A DNA stretch of 63,776 bases, counting the filler, from Chiloscyllium plagiosum (taxonomy: Eukaryota): the NCBI RefSeq assembly GCF_004010195.1. It is 4 parts of one record of this genome, joined end to end, with 100 filler letters (N's around TTAATTAATTAA, not from the genome) between each part and the next. Parts side by side here need not be neighbours in the genome. Positions count along the whole stretch, not along the records: positions 23,160 to 50,956 come from NC_057716.1; 3 more parts are not named here. One strand, 5' to 3'. Made by a program: the position numbers and the translations under genes. Below, piece after piece: positions 23,984-37,681 of the stretch; positions within the stretch are counted from its first letter, which is position 1, and the number at the start of each line of letters is the position of its first letter. The notes under the pieces are model-generated. The model did not search any database, was not told the origin of the DNA, and was given only the letters and a program-made list of their open reading frames with translations.

Positions 23984-26900
23984 TTCTCTACCTATCCTGC
24001 CACGTTCAATGATCTGTGCACATGTACACACAGGTCCCTCTGCTCCTGTAACCCCTGCCCCTTATAATTGTACCTTTTATTTTATATTGCCTTTCAATGT
24101 TCTTCCTACCCAAATGCATCACCTTACAATTCTCTGCTTTGAAACTGATCTGCCACTTAACTGTCCACTCCAACCAACGTTTGGAGTCCTGCTCTGTCCT
24201 ATTCACCATTTACAATTCTTCCAAGTTTAGTGTTATCTGCAAACTTGAAAATTGTCCCCTTTATATCAAGATCTAGATTATTAAAATACATCAGAAAAAG
24301 CTGGGTTCTTCCACCATAAAGCTTCTGAAACATATCCATTGACTGTTACACTCTGATTCTCATCACTCAGCCAGTTTTGTATTCAGGTAAAAACACTGAC
24401 TGCAGATGCTGGAAACCAGATTTTGAATTAGTGGTGCTGGAAGAGCACAGCAGTTCAGGCAGCATCCGAGGAGCAGCAAAATCAACGTTTCGGGCAAAAG
24501 TCCTTCATCAGTTTTGTATTCATGTTGCTACTGACCCCTTTTATTTTGAGCCTCAAACATTGCTCACAAGTCTGATATGTAGCACTGCATCAAACACCTT
24601 CTGAAAATCCATATGCACCATATATACAGTGTTACCCCCATTGAGCTTTATGTTACCTCTTTAAAAAATACTAGCAAATTATTTAAACAGGTTTTCCCCT
24701 TTCAAGGTCCATGCTAACTCTTCCTAAACTACCATATAACCATATATTTTTCCATATAACTACTAGCTCTATGTGGAAGAACTATCTCTAGAAGCTTCCC
24801 CATCACCCATCTGTTGTGAATAGTCAAAGCTAAACTGACTGGTCTGTAATTGCTAGGCTTATTCTTACAACCTTCCTTAAAAAAGGCTGTAATATTTGCA
24901 ATTTTCCTTCCCTGAATCTAATGAAAACTGAAAGATTGTGATTAATGCATCTGCAATTTCCACTCTCACCCCCTTCAAAATCCATTAATATCGAGGGGAG
25001 TTACACTGAAATAGCATTGGATCGGTATTGATTGCAAATGCTATTTGATGTGTCCTGTGAAATGTATGATCACAGTATATTACCTATGTGTCTGCATGTT
25101 AGTTCTGGGTGGTAGAATTAAATTGTACATTTATTGTAGATTGCATTAGTATTCAAAGTGATATGATGAACTATTACCATTTGTTCAAAACCAGGGAATC
25201 TTGTTTTTATTCCTAAGTCCCCTTGATCTTATCTTTTGTATACTTTAAAATTAAAAGTTAATGAATCATATGTTGGTGGTCTGGTTTGGGATCATAACAT
25301 GACACTGTTTGCAAAATGGTAAATTTGCTGTTCTGGATTATTTTTCTACTAGATTAAATTTAATGTTTACCCACCATTGTTACCTTGAGATATTTATACA
25401 ACAACCCCCACTAGTGGCTACGGTAGGAATGAAGTGCTGCTAATAATCCACCTTTCTATGCTGAGTCTAAGGGCATATCTAAGTAACAGTGGTAGAGTGT
25501 AAATGACTATTGAGTCTAAACAGAAGAAGTACTGAAGATCTAGTTTATTGCATGGCATAGGTACGAGTTATACTGTCTAGTTTAGCATATTACAGAGAAT
25601 ATTAGGAGTCAGAGATGACAAGCCTGTCACCACTGGAATCTTGTGCTATACTGCTTCTTAATCACCAAAGACTGTGACATCAACAGATTGAGTACAGCTT
25701 AAAGTAGCTTTAAAATGAACTTTTTCAGAATTATTCCCTTAGACATCACATCATATTCATAGGTTCTCCTTAATCTATCTTACTGTACTTCTTCAAAAAC
25801 CTCAGTTAAATGCAATTCCCCTTTTACAAAACTATGCTGACTCTGCTTGGTCAAGCTTGATTATGATTTTCTAAACTATTCTGTTATAACCTCCTTAATC
25901 ATTGATTGTATCAATTTTCCTATGACAGATGTTAGGCTAATTGGGCTATAGTTTCCAGATTTCTGTCTCCAGCCTTTCTTGAATAATGGTGTTGAATTGC
26001 CCAATTTCTATGCACTGGGATCCTTCCAGAATCAAAGGAATTTTGTAAGATTGGAATCTGAGCCACTTATTTTAAGGCTCTGCAATGCATGCTATCTAGT
26101 CCTGGGGACGAAATAGTACTTTGTCTGTTGTGAATAGTCAAAGATATGTGCTGTTTGATATGATTTGTCGGTATGGCCCACATACCTGGCCTCATACTAA
26201 CACTGAATTTATGATACATCATTATTCATTGGCGTGGAGGGCAGAACATTTTTCTGATTTGATAGTTGCATCCTGTTAGTGGATAATGCCATTCTGTGCT
26301 CCTGCTTTGAAATAACATAAAATGGCTAGCTTCAGCTGTTGTTCAAACTTTTGAGAGACTGTATCCTTCCAAATTCATGAGTAAATCTGTCAGAGCGGAA
26401 CATGGTGGCTTTAAGCCCATTTGTGCGTTTGAACAATATATCATGAGCAATTATCTAATTGGGGTGGTCATCATGGTTCATGGACATAATCATAGCCACT
26501 ACAAAGGTATGGTTCCAAGATCAAAAAAGTGGGAACTAAATATTCATGGAAAGGAAGGAAAACTTGGTGGGATAGCATTGCTAGTATGGGATGGGAGAAC
26601 AAGAAATGGTCTTGAATCAGAAGATCTAGAAACATAAGGGTGGAGGTAAGAAACAAAAAGGGCAAAACACTGCTAGGAGTAGGCCCCAACAGTAGTTATA
26701 CATTGGGTCAGTGGATAAATCAGGAGATAATGATGGCATATAACAAAGGCAAAACATTAACCTTATTGACTTTAACTTTCATGCAAATTGGGATAGTCAG
26801 ATTGGCAGAGCAAGCTTTTAGGAAGAATTCATAACAGTACAGGCATACACAAATAACTATGTGGGGACAGCAGCTTGTCAGAAAGACATGCAATCATCAC

Positions 26901-27479
26901 AGGAGTTTTTAATCTATATATAGACATGTGAGGTCAGATGGGCAAAGGTAGCCCAGATAGGAATTTCAGAGAATGTTTTCAGGGTAGGTTCTTAAACCAA
27001 ACAGCAGAATCCACCAGTTCTACTTTGACCAGCGCACATATTAATTCCTCAAAGAACTTCAATAGATTGGTTAACCATTATTTCGCTTTAGCAAAATGCT
27101 GTTGATTTGACCTGATTACTTTGAATTCATGAAAGTGCCGAATCAAACTTTTTTTATTAATAACTTCTTAACATGTTCCCTCTGAGAGATGTTAAACTAA
27201 CTGAACTGTAGTTGCCTGAATTCTGGTTCCCTCCTTTTTGAATAAAGGAGCTACATTTGCTATCTTCCAATTTTGTAGCAGGTTCCTGAATATAGGAAGC
27301 TTTGGAAAATTAAAGCCAGTACATCAACTATCTCATATTCCACTTATTTTAAGACAATGGGATAAAATCCATCAAGACCCAGCTCCAACAATTTACTCAG
27401 TTCCAAGTGTCTGGTGATTATAACTTTCCTGACTTCCTCCCTCCCTTTTGTTTAATGATTGAAAGCTACTTTTGGATTG

Positions 27480-27900
27480 CAATTCTCTGGATCAACTTTG
27501 ATACCAGATGAATCCCCCAATACGGCTAATTGACAGTCAGCTGTGAGAAGTCACACTTAATGTTGAGCCCTGCTTTTTGAATGCACTGCAGTGTAGCTCA
27601 CACTCTAGTGTCATACTCTGAGTGTATCCACGGATCAGGATATCTTTCATATGACATTTGACTCCATCCAGTCCATCTAAGATGCTTGACATAATCCAAT
27701 GGAAGATTTCTGATGCTGATCTGATGTCAGAGGGTGATCTGTTGAAACAAAATCTTACAAACAGCATAATGAAGGCTGTAAACAGCTTAGAATCTTTATC
27801 ATGGGGTACTTGCCAAAAAGCAGTGTTTGCAGCTAACTTTGTTAACATTGAACTCTTACCTAATTTTGCTAAGATATAATCCACAGATGACATAGGATCA
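27480..27900 (-). mobile_element. Gypsy reverse transcriptase remnant
   Basis: SVDYILAKLGKSSMLTKLAANTAFWQVP...FCFNR.P.DI.SASEIF...LDGVKCHMKDILIRG, with a degenerate YxDD. Confidence 0.85.
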
Positions 27901-30900
27901 ACTTTACATCCAACTTGTTTAGCTGTCTTCTTCTACTCTTCAAACATCTCTAAGCTGGCACAGCTTTCCTGCTGCTCTGGTTTAGTATCACATATAAGGT
28001 TTCAGTGATTTTTCTGTCTCTGTATTGATATACTGAATTCAATTGTCCATGACTTTAGTTTATGTATCTGCTAATTTTATGAATGATTTCTGTAGAGATT
28101 TTTTTCCAATGATCATACAACATCAGAAAAAAAACTGAAAATGTTGTGCTTATGTCTGACTTAAAGAGCTGAATGTTATGGATTTTTTGGCTGAAACCAA
28201 GTTGTGAGAATCATTTTGCAGGGTTTGCTAAGCTCTGGCAAGATTTTACTTCACGAAGTTGCTTTCAGTCCACTTTGACCAGATCCTGTCTTATTTTATT
28301 AAAATCAGCCTTCTCCTAATTCAGAATCGCTATTGCCATTCCATTTTTGTCCTTATCCATAATTAGCCATAAAGCTTACTGAATTATGGCCACTATTGTT
28401 GAAATGTTCTTCCACTACCACATCTACCCCTGTTCTGACTTTGTTCCCTAAAGTTAGGCTCTGCAGCACCTCCTTCTTTGTGTGTTAGAGTTTGTGTCTT
28501 AGCTTAAAAAGCTATCCTGGACATATTTTAAGAATTCTGCCCTCTCTAAACCTCTCTTTAAACCATTATACTTGTCGGGTTCAAAGATAATGATGAGGGT
28601 TTTGCTAATGCTGGATGCCAATTTTTGTGGATGAAGGATGCATATACTGGTGTCCATGGATCCTGCCCTAAGCTGCAGTTTGATGCTGAACAATAGGAGG
28701 TCATTCAGAGCAAGAGGAAAGCTGAACACTCCAGGTAATGGCTCTGGTTTCCACGTCAAATTTTCTCAATATTTAGCTTGTTTGGTAAGATAGAAAACTG
28801 AATATTAATGAAGTGAATTGGGTCATCAACTAAACAAGTAATCAACGAGTAATAATCTCCCTTAATTGGCAACTTCTTGCTGTCAAAAGGGTTACTAAAA
28901 TAATCAACTCTTGGGATCCAGCAGTTTATAGCTTATATGAATAACTCACAATCAGACCCTTTATAAAACATCTCCCCATAGAGCTTGATTCTAACCATTT
29001 GATTTCATTACATATCTTTGACGTTAGTTGCAAATCATCTTGGTACAGTTGGTAACGTCACTGACTAGTGATCAATAAACCCAGGCAAATGTCCTGGAGA
29101 CATGGGGTCTTGTCCCACAATGACAGCTGGTGAAATTTGAATTCACTATAAATCTGGAATGAAAAGACTGCGTCATCAGAGTTGTTGTCATGAAAACCCA
29201 TCTGGATATGAAAGGGTTAGATAAATGAAGGATTATGGATAGCAGGCCAGGAGAGAAGAGAAGCCAATTTTTTTTATTCATTCACAGATAGTGGCATCAC
29301 TGGCTAGGGCAGCATTTATTACCCATCCTTAATTTCCCAGAGAGCAGTTGAGAGTCAACCACATTGCTGTGCACCTGGAGTCAAATATAGGCTGGACCAG
29401 TAAGGAGGGCAGTTTCTTATCCTAAAGGACACTCGTGAACCAGATGGATTTTTCCCAATAATCAACATGGAGTCATGGTCATCATTAGAATATTAATTCC
29501 AGATTTTTATTCAATTCAAATTCAACCATCTGCTGTGGCGGGATTTAAGTCCAGGTCCTTATTACCTGGGTCTCTGGAACAACAGTCTAGCGATAATACC
29601 ACGAGGCCATTGCCTCCCCTTCAAGTAAGTGAGAATGAGACCTGAGAATAGCAGAGAATCATAGAACCTTGACAGTGCAGAAAGAGACCATTTGGCCCAT
29701 TGAATCTGTACAGACCCTGTTAAGAGCATCCACCCAGACCCATCCACCCAACAGTGCTAATTTTTGTGCCACGATGCTAATTGGATAGTCTGTGCTGAAA
29801 GCAAACTATGTAATGCGATAATAGGCGTGACAGTGAATGAAAATGGGTTGGCTCTGCTAAAAGCAACCAGTGTCATGACAGAACTGGGTGCGGGAGTGGG
29901 TAAAAAAAATGAAAGGATGGAATCAGGCTCTAAAGTTGTTGAACTCAATGACAAAAATAGAAATTGCTGGAAAAGCTCAGCAGGTCTGGTAGCATCTGTG
30001 GAGAGAAATAAGAGTTAATATTTTGGGTTGATGCTGCCAGACCTGCTGAGCTTTTCCAGAAACTTCTATTTTTATCTCTGACTTACAGCATCCGCAGTTC
30101 TTTCAGTTTTTATCGAACTTGATGTTGAGTCCCAGATACTGTAGGGTCCTGAAGTGGAAAATGACATGCTGTTCTTTGAGCTTGCACTGAAGCTCACTGG
30201 AACACCGCAGCAGGCCTGCATTAGATATGTTGGCATAGGAATACATCTATCTCTGAACTCCATTTCCACTTATCCACTCATCTCTCCCTTTCCTACTCGC
30301 CTTCCCATCTTCCCCCAATTTTGTTTTCACCATAAATACCAGCTTTTCCTAACTGCTATCAGTTCTGTTGAAGAGACAATGTACACAAAACATTATCCTC
30401 AGACAATGACAAGATAGCGGTGTCTGCAAGTTAGGCAGAGTTCAGGCTCCTGGGCCTGTCTGCTCCAGGTCGCCTCTTCCTCTCATCTTTGCTTATCCTT
30501 TTGTCTTCTTTCTTTTTCATTTTCTTCCTGTCAGTGGAAAGGGTTGACATTGCTGAGGAGACCAGCCAGAGTGGAATGCTCGGTGAGACTGACCTGGCAG
30601 CGGAGCCAGGGACACCTAGTTGTGGTGGGCCTGGAGTGGGAATTCAGTGAGGTAGCGGCTGAAGTGGCGGCAGTGTAGTATGCCCAGAGCAGGGACTCCT
30701 GGTGATGGTGAGGCAGCGGCAGCAACTCCTGGTTGTGGTAGGCCTGGAGCCTGGGGCTCCTAGTTGCGGTGAGAGTCTGGATCCAGCACGGGACCCAGCA
30801 TTGGTGGCCTGTCAGTATGGAGGGCCCAGCAATGAACAGATGGCACCTGAAGAGTAATGACTCTGACATTGGTTGGTCCACGCAGGTGGCAGTGCAGGTG

Positions 30901-32143
30901 TCGTAGATCGGTGGACTCATGGTAGAGGCGGTGGCGTGAAGATGGCCTTTCTTTCAGCTTTGACTTTTTATTCTTAAAGTATTTAAATGGAGCCAGATTG
31001 TGGTTACTGTCGAAGGTTTTCACTGTATATTACTGTATTGTTCATTGTAAAGTACAAGTGAGAGTAAAGCATCATTAATTTACATTAACTTTGCATTCTT
31101 CCCACAGATGATGCCAGACCTGCTGAATTTCATCAGCAATTTCTGGTTTTTGTTTCAGATCTCCAGCACCCACAGTTCTTTGTTTTGTCTTACTTTCTAC
31201 TTATTTGAAGTTGAACTTCAAAAGCAAATAAGGTCACTTTGTGGCAACACAATTAGAAAGGAATTGGGACTGGGGATAGGGAAGAGGAAACTGGTTGATG
31301 GATGGTAAGGGCTCTGGCAACTAAACTTTAGAGGAAGCAGACAGGAGTGCTGTGAGTGTTAAGAATGGTCAATGGAACAAAAGTGAAGCACGCATAAGGA
31401 ATTGACACAAGAGGTTGAGTATTTTGTTCAAACAGGAAGAGAGTGATGGTAGAAGTAGCAGATTGAAAGTCTAATCAGAAGTGAAGGCTAGAGCAAGGAA
31501 AAGGGAAAATTACAGCAGGTTCTGTGCTTTGTTCAAGCAGGAAGGGGTACTTGTGGAAATGACATGTTGATAGAAGAGGTATTGGGAAGTTAAGAGCTAG
31601 GTGCCATGTTCAGAATGAAGGAGATGGGAATCAAGGACAAGTGAGGAGAACAGAAGCATTTTCCCACATCACTGAAGGTTATGTTCTCCAACATACTGAT
31701 CATCTTGAAGGAAAAGAAAGATGAAAAGGACAGAATGTATAATGGAAAAGTTGACATAATAAGTGATACCAATAACTAAGACTTTGCAGAAAAAAATTGA
31801 TGCAGTCATAAAATCTCTAATATATTATTGATTATGAACAAAGGTCTTTGAGTCAACTTTAGGGCTGCTTGCTGAATGACTGCTGTTGATTGTTGGCCTT
31901 ACTTTCCTATTATTTAGGTAATTTATAAAATATTCAATCCAAAACAGCTTTATACCAATCTTGGGTGAACCATTACATCAAATGCCTTCTGAAAACCTTA
32001 TTTAAATGTTTAAACAGGCCTGAGGTGGCACACTTTTTTTTCAAAACTGGAACATGGCTGTGAGTGCAATCCTGATGAATAAATTTAAATTCTTTCATGT
32101 TGTTTCACTATAAATGTTAAAAGTTGACAATCTCAGTACATTA

Positions 32144-32717
32144 CAGGTAGTTATCCTATCATGCGGTAGTTGCATTCCCAAGCAACACTGTGTATTAGAA
32201 AATCGTGCAATATAACTAACTATGGGAAAAAACAGGGTTGGGGCGAACCACCAAAAACATCAGTAAAAATCAAACAAAAATCGTGTTAGCCTGGCACAAA
32301 TGATAGCACAGTATAAGCAAATCTTTAAATACACTAAAACATTAAAATCACTGACTGCAGCTCTGTACCTTTCACAAAGTTCTTCACCAGAAAGTGTGTA
32401 AGCTGACTGACCACTGACGCTGATGCAGAAGTCCAGTCCTCTTCAAGGCTCTCTCTGGTTTGAGAGTTCCTTCTAAATGTAGACTACAATTCCCAGTTTC
32501 TATCGAAGTTTCAAGACTTGCAGAGATGATGCATTCCTGTTTTAGCTAAGCACACTGAATTTGCATTTTGCAGACTGAGGATCCTGAGGCTGGGTATTTT
32601 TGTTCAGCTAGTGCCAGGGATGGAATTGTGTAACTGCAAACATGAGTTCGCTTCAGAAAATAAAGTCCACAATTCACTAATCGTGTTTAATAAACACGCA
32701 TTATAGGAGAACTACCT
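32144..32717. mobile_element. Tc1/mariner (Tigger-like) non-autonomous element / MITE
   Basis: TA then CAGGTAGTTATCCTATCATGCG (32144-32165), inverted as CGCATTATAGGAGAACTACCT (32697-32717); no ORF. Confidence 0.7.
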
Positions 32718-34157
32718 CAAAAAAATGCGTACACACACAACATAGTAGAAATCTCACACAGAAAGTCTATAAGGAAATGAGGGAAGGCACATAGTTGAGG
32801 CAAAATAAAGGCAGCTTTGCTCTACATCTGACCTAGTGATATCTGATGTTGACAGGAGATAAATGGAATAAATACGTTTGATATGTTAAAACCATCTTCT
32901 TCTGTGGGCAAGGATAAAAGGTTCATTAAAAAAAAACTTCTCAAGTGTTTTTTAATCTACTGTTTTATGATAAATAACCAAAGCCTCCTAAACAGCATGC
33001 ATTTCCTCCTGAATAGATTTTTGAACTTGCCCTTCGCTGGGCTTCTCACTTTAACAGTTCAGGAATTCCATTTGAACCAAAATTACTTCAGGCAAATTCC
33101 TGTCTTGAATAAAGTGCTTACTTACCTTCAGGAATTCTAACAGTGAGGGAATTTGGTGAGTGAGGGGATTTGGTACAGTGAGGGGATTTGGTACATTGAG
33201 GGAATTTGGTAAGTGAGGGTATGGGAAAAAACAGGGTTGGGGCGAACCACCAAAAACATCAGTAAAAATCAAAACAAAAATCGTGTTAGCCTGGCACAAA
33301 TGATAGCACAGTATAAGCAAATCTTTAAATACACTAAAACATTAAAATCACTGACTGCAGCTCTGTACCTTTCACAAAGTTCTTCACCAGAAAGTGTGTA
33401 AGCTGACTGACCACTGACGCTGATGCAGAAGTCCAGTCCTCTTCAAGGCTCTCTCTGGTTTGAGAGTTCCTTCTAAATGTAGACTACAATTCCCAGTTTC
33501 TATCGAAGTTTCAAGACTTGCAGAGATGATGCATTCCTGTTTTAGCTAAGCACACTGAATTTGCATTTTGCAGACTGAGGATCCTGAGGCTGGGTATTTT
33601 TGTTCAGCTAGTGCCAGGGATGGAATTGTGTAACTGCAAACATGAGTTCGCTTCAGAAAATAAAGTCCACAATTCACTAATCGTGTTTAATAAACACGCA
33701 TTATAGGAGAACTACCTCAAAAAAATGCGTACACACACAACATAGTAGAAATCTCACACAGAAAGTCTATAAGGAAATGAGGGAAGGCACATAGTTGAGG
33801 CAAAATAAAGGCAGCTTTGCTCTACATCTGACCTAGTGATATCTGATGTTGACAGGAGATAAATGGAATAAATACGTTTGATATGTTAAAACCATCTTCT
33901 TCTGTGGGCAAGGATAAAAGGTTCATTAAAAAAAAACTTCTCAAGTGTTTTTTAATCTACTGTTTTATGATAAATAACCAAAGCCTCCTAAACAGCATGC
34001 ATTTCCTCCTGAATAGATTTTTGAACTTGCCCTTCGCTGGGCTTCTCACTTTAACAGTTCAGGAATTCCATTTGAACCAAAATTACTTCAGGCAAATTCC
34101 TGTCTTGAATAAAGTGCTTACTTACCTTCAGGAATTCTAACAGTGAGGGAATTTGGT
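32221..34157 (+). repeat. near-perfect ~1-kb tandem duplication
   Basis: 32221-33157 vs 33220-34157; the only difference seen is one extra A; identical 85-aa ORFs at 32883 and 33883. Confidence 0.95.
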
Positions 34158-34410
34158 ACAGTGAGGGGATTTGGTACAGTGAGGGGATTTCATACAGTGA
34201 GGAGATTTGTTACAGTGAAGGGATTTGGTGCGTGAGGGGATATGGTACACCGAGAGATTTGGAGAATGAGGGGATTTGGAGAATGAGGGGATTTTGTACA
34301 GTGCGGGGAATTGGTACAGTGAAGGGATTTTGTGTGTGAGGGGATATGGTGACTGAGGGGATTTGGTACAGTGAGGGGATTTGGTACAGTGAGGGAATTT
34401 GGCAAGTGAG
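34141..34410 (+). repeat. 18-bp G-rich minisatellite
   Basis: Unit CAGTGAGGGGATTTGGTA, about 15 degenerate copies; a shorter array at 33141-33219. Confidence 0.9.
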
Positions 34411-36054
34411 GAAAGAGATGCTGTTTAGTCCTACAAGACAAGAAGTAGTCCACTAAAGTGGTTAAGGGACAACGAAACCTGAGAGCTGAAGTTCTGTTTG
34501 CATTAATCAGGAAATGAGGAAAGTGTAAGTTTTTTCCGACAAACTGGGGCAGTCATTTAGACAAGGATCAGCAAAGTCTGATATAAATACTCTAATAACA
34601 TACAGTTTAATTAGTTAAATTACTTTATTCAAAATTAATTCTAATTAGCTGAAGATATTATTTAAATAAGTGAAACATGGTTTGTCTAAAACATGGCAAT
34701 GCGGGTTATATTTTTGAATCTAAGAATTCGAGAATTGGTGGATGACAGGACAGTACTACAGGAGATATCTCAATTTCTAATCTCTCTGTCTTTGAGTAAT
34801 TGAGCAGCAGGACAAGTTGGAGGCTCTACCAGAGAAAGTGAACCATGTTATTTATAATATAAGTACACCCCAGAGGAAAAAGTGGTTCAAGAAAGGGAAG
34901 GTGTAACTAATAGCAATCTGGATAGCAGGGTCTTAATTATTTACACAATGCTGGTGGTGCTGTTCAATGCAAGGAGCTGCACTTTTGGTGGACAATTTGT
35001 CAAAGCTATAGTTATACAACTCAAGGAAACCTCGAAGGATATATCACAGTCACTGTTTCTGTCAAACAGGCATGATCGAATAAAGAGAAAGACTGTAGGT
35101 AGGACAGCTAAAATGCATATAAAGGAATATGGCTCAAAACACGATTTGGGGAGAAAAACAGAACATAAATGTGATTGGAATCAGGATATTATCATTAGGA
35201 GGATAGATAGCATCCACTATGATTTGAGAATCATAGAATTGTACATATAGAAGAGGACAGTTATCCCATCAAGTCTGCACAGATAAAACTACTCTAAATC
35301 TACACCAATCCCATTTTCCAGCACTTGACGATCGTGTTGAATGTTATGACATTTCAAGTGCTCATTCAAGTACTTTTTAACAGTTGTGAGATTTTCTGCC
35401 TCAGCCACTTTCCTGGACTCCCACCACCTTCTTGGTAAATTTGTTTTTCTCAAATCCCCTCTAAACCTCCTGCCTATCACCTTAAAATAGTGTCCCCTTA
35501 TTATTGACCCTTTAGCTAATGGGAACACCTGCTTTATGTTAATCTTGCCTCCTACCACCACCCTGTTCCCCAAAACCCCCCATAATTTTACACACTTTAA
35601 TCAGGCTCCCCCCCAACCAACACTGCCCCCACCCCTGGCTGCCTTACATAGGATACAAATTTGAGGGACAGGATGTAGGTATACTAGGTAGGTAGGCTCC
35701 AACGGAACATCGATGGGGACATTTCCTTGTGGAAAAATCAAGTAGGGAGCTTGCAAATTGAAATAGTGCAACTGGGGAAGGGCTATGTGAGAAACATAAA
35801 CACCAAAACGTAAACAAAACAGGGAAAACAAGCATGAGAAAGAGTAGAGTAAGAGAGGACATCAATGCAGGAGAATAAATAAGACAGGAGGCTAGAAATA
35901 TAGTTGAACATAAATTGAGAGGAAATCCCATTAAAAATGTGTGAAGATGTCTGTATCACAACGTACACAGTGTTTGTAATAAAACAAAGGAGGTGGAGAC
36001 AATCATGCATTAAGAGGAGTTAAACATAAAGGGATTACTCAGGACTTGGAACTA

Positions 36055-36690
36055 ACTATGTCGTCCATCAGTGTATGTACCTTGGCTCTACTATCACTGA
36101 CAACCTCTCCTTGGACACAAAGATTGACAAGAGGATTAGGAAAGCAGCCTCAACTCTTGCTTGCTTCATGGCTCGAAGATGGACAAATCCCAAGCTGACA
36201 GTGAAGGCAAAAATGTCAGTCTCCGATGCCTGTGTCATAAGCACACTGCGTATGGCAGTGAAACGTGGACTACATATGCCAGACAGGAGAGAAGACGAAC
36301 GATCTTCCACTTGAGGAGTATCTGCCATATCCTGGGCATATTCTGGCATGACAGAGTGTCCAACGCAGCCGTCCTAACTCGCACTGGCCTTCCCAGCATG
36401 TACACTGTGCTCAGGCAGCAGAGACAGAGCTGGCTGGGCCACGTCCATTGCATGGAGGATGGCTGAATTCCAAGGGATATCCGGGAAGAGACCCATTGGG
36501 CATCTCCAGCTGCACTACAAGGACATCTGCATGAGGGACATGAAGGTGCTTGATATCATTACTGAGTCCTGGGAAAGGCTTGCAGCTGACCACATGAGGT
36601 GGGGAAGCACCCTGAACCAACACCTTAAAACAGAAGAGAGAAGGTGCAGCAGACAAGCGGGCATGAACGAAGGAGTGCAACAGCTCGAGG
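36055..36690 (+). mobile_element. RTE-clade (BovB-like) LINE 3' fragment
   Basis: YLGSTITDNLSLDTKIDKRI, YGSETWTTY, ILGIFWHDRVSN, WLGHVHCMEDG and YKDICMRDMK. Confidence 0.88.
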
Positions 36691-37680
36691 GTGCGCTTGT
36701 TGACATTACTGCTAAATCGTCAAACGTCTCCTGGCATCGATCTGTCCACCGAAATTTTGTGTTTTTCTTCACAAGATCTGTTAAAGGTGCCACTATGCTG
36801 CTGAAGTTTGGAACAACCTTCTGATCGGATCCGCTTAGTCTCAGAAATCAAAACAACTATTCCTTCGATCTTGGTCTTGGAGATTCCTCAATGGCCTTCA
36901 TCTTTGCATTCCTTGGTGTCATCCTTCCGTGCCCCATGTTACGTCCCAAGAACGTCACCTATGCTGTCGCGAATTCAGTTTTGTTTAAGTTCATTACTAG
37001 TTTTGCGACTCTTAATCAGTCAAAGAGCTCTGCCAGCTTTACCACGTGATCTTCCCAGCACTCACGAAAGATCACTACATAGTCCAAATAGACTGCACAG
37101 ATTGTTAACCAAGGAAGAACTCCGTTCATGAGTCTTCGGAATGTTGGTGGGTGCGTTCTTCATTCAAAAAGAGTATCACTTTGAATTGTTACAGCACATT
37201 TGGGATTACAAACGCAGAAATTTCTTTTACCTTCTCTGATAAATTTACCTGCTAGTAACCACGCAGAAAGTCCAATTTAGTGATGTAACTGGCTCATTCA
37301 AAGTTCTCTATACAGTCCTCCAATGTCGGTATTGGGTTGAGTGTGATTTTGTTATGGCATTGACCTTCTGATAATCCACACAAACTCGTCGAATCCCATC
37401 AGGTTTTGCATCGGTAATATCCACTTGCTTTGACTTGGCTCAGAGATATCTTCATTGAGCAGGGCTTCCACTTCATTCTGGACCTGTCTGGCTTTGAAAG
37501 GATTAAGCCAATACGCGTGTTGTTTTATCGGAACGGGATACCCTAAGTCTATATTAGTCCTCCCCATTTTATTGCTGCATAAGTCCACACACTGCTTTAA
37601 AAAACCTTTCAACAGCGTTCTTTACTCCTCATGCAGACAGTTTACCAATCTATCCCTTTCCTCAAGGAGGTCCTCATTGT
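36690..37680 (-). mobile_element. Gypsy pol (RT) remnant
   Basis: PIKQHAYWLNP...VQNEVEALL...EPSQSKW and APLTDLVKKNTKFRWTDRCQETFDDL; multiple frameshifts. Confidence 0.82.
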
Positions 37681-37681
37681 T

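Larger units (their letters stand above)
22500..24980 (-). mobile_element. CR1 LINE spanning the first spacer, interrupted by two Penelope insertions
   Basis: Compared with the CR1 copy at ~17750-17850, sequence ending at 23059 resumes collinearly at ~23984. A second insertion at 24386-24508 has the 14-bp TSD CAGTTTTGTATTCA (24372-24385, 24509-24522). Confidence 0.75.

Noticed and set aside
32883..34140. Two identical 85-aa ORFs suggesting a duplicated gene
   Set aside because: AT-rich chance ORF inside the 1-kb duplication; no domain or splice support.
33141..34410. Regularly spaced repeats as a CRISPR array
   Set aside because: Contiguous minisatellite units without unique spacers, in vertebrate DNA with no cas genes.
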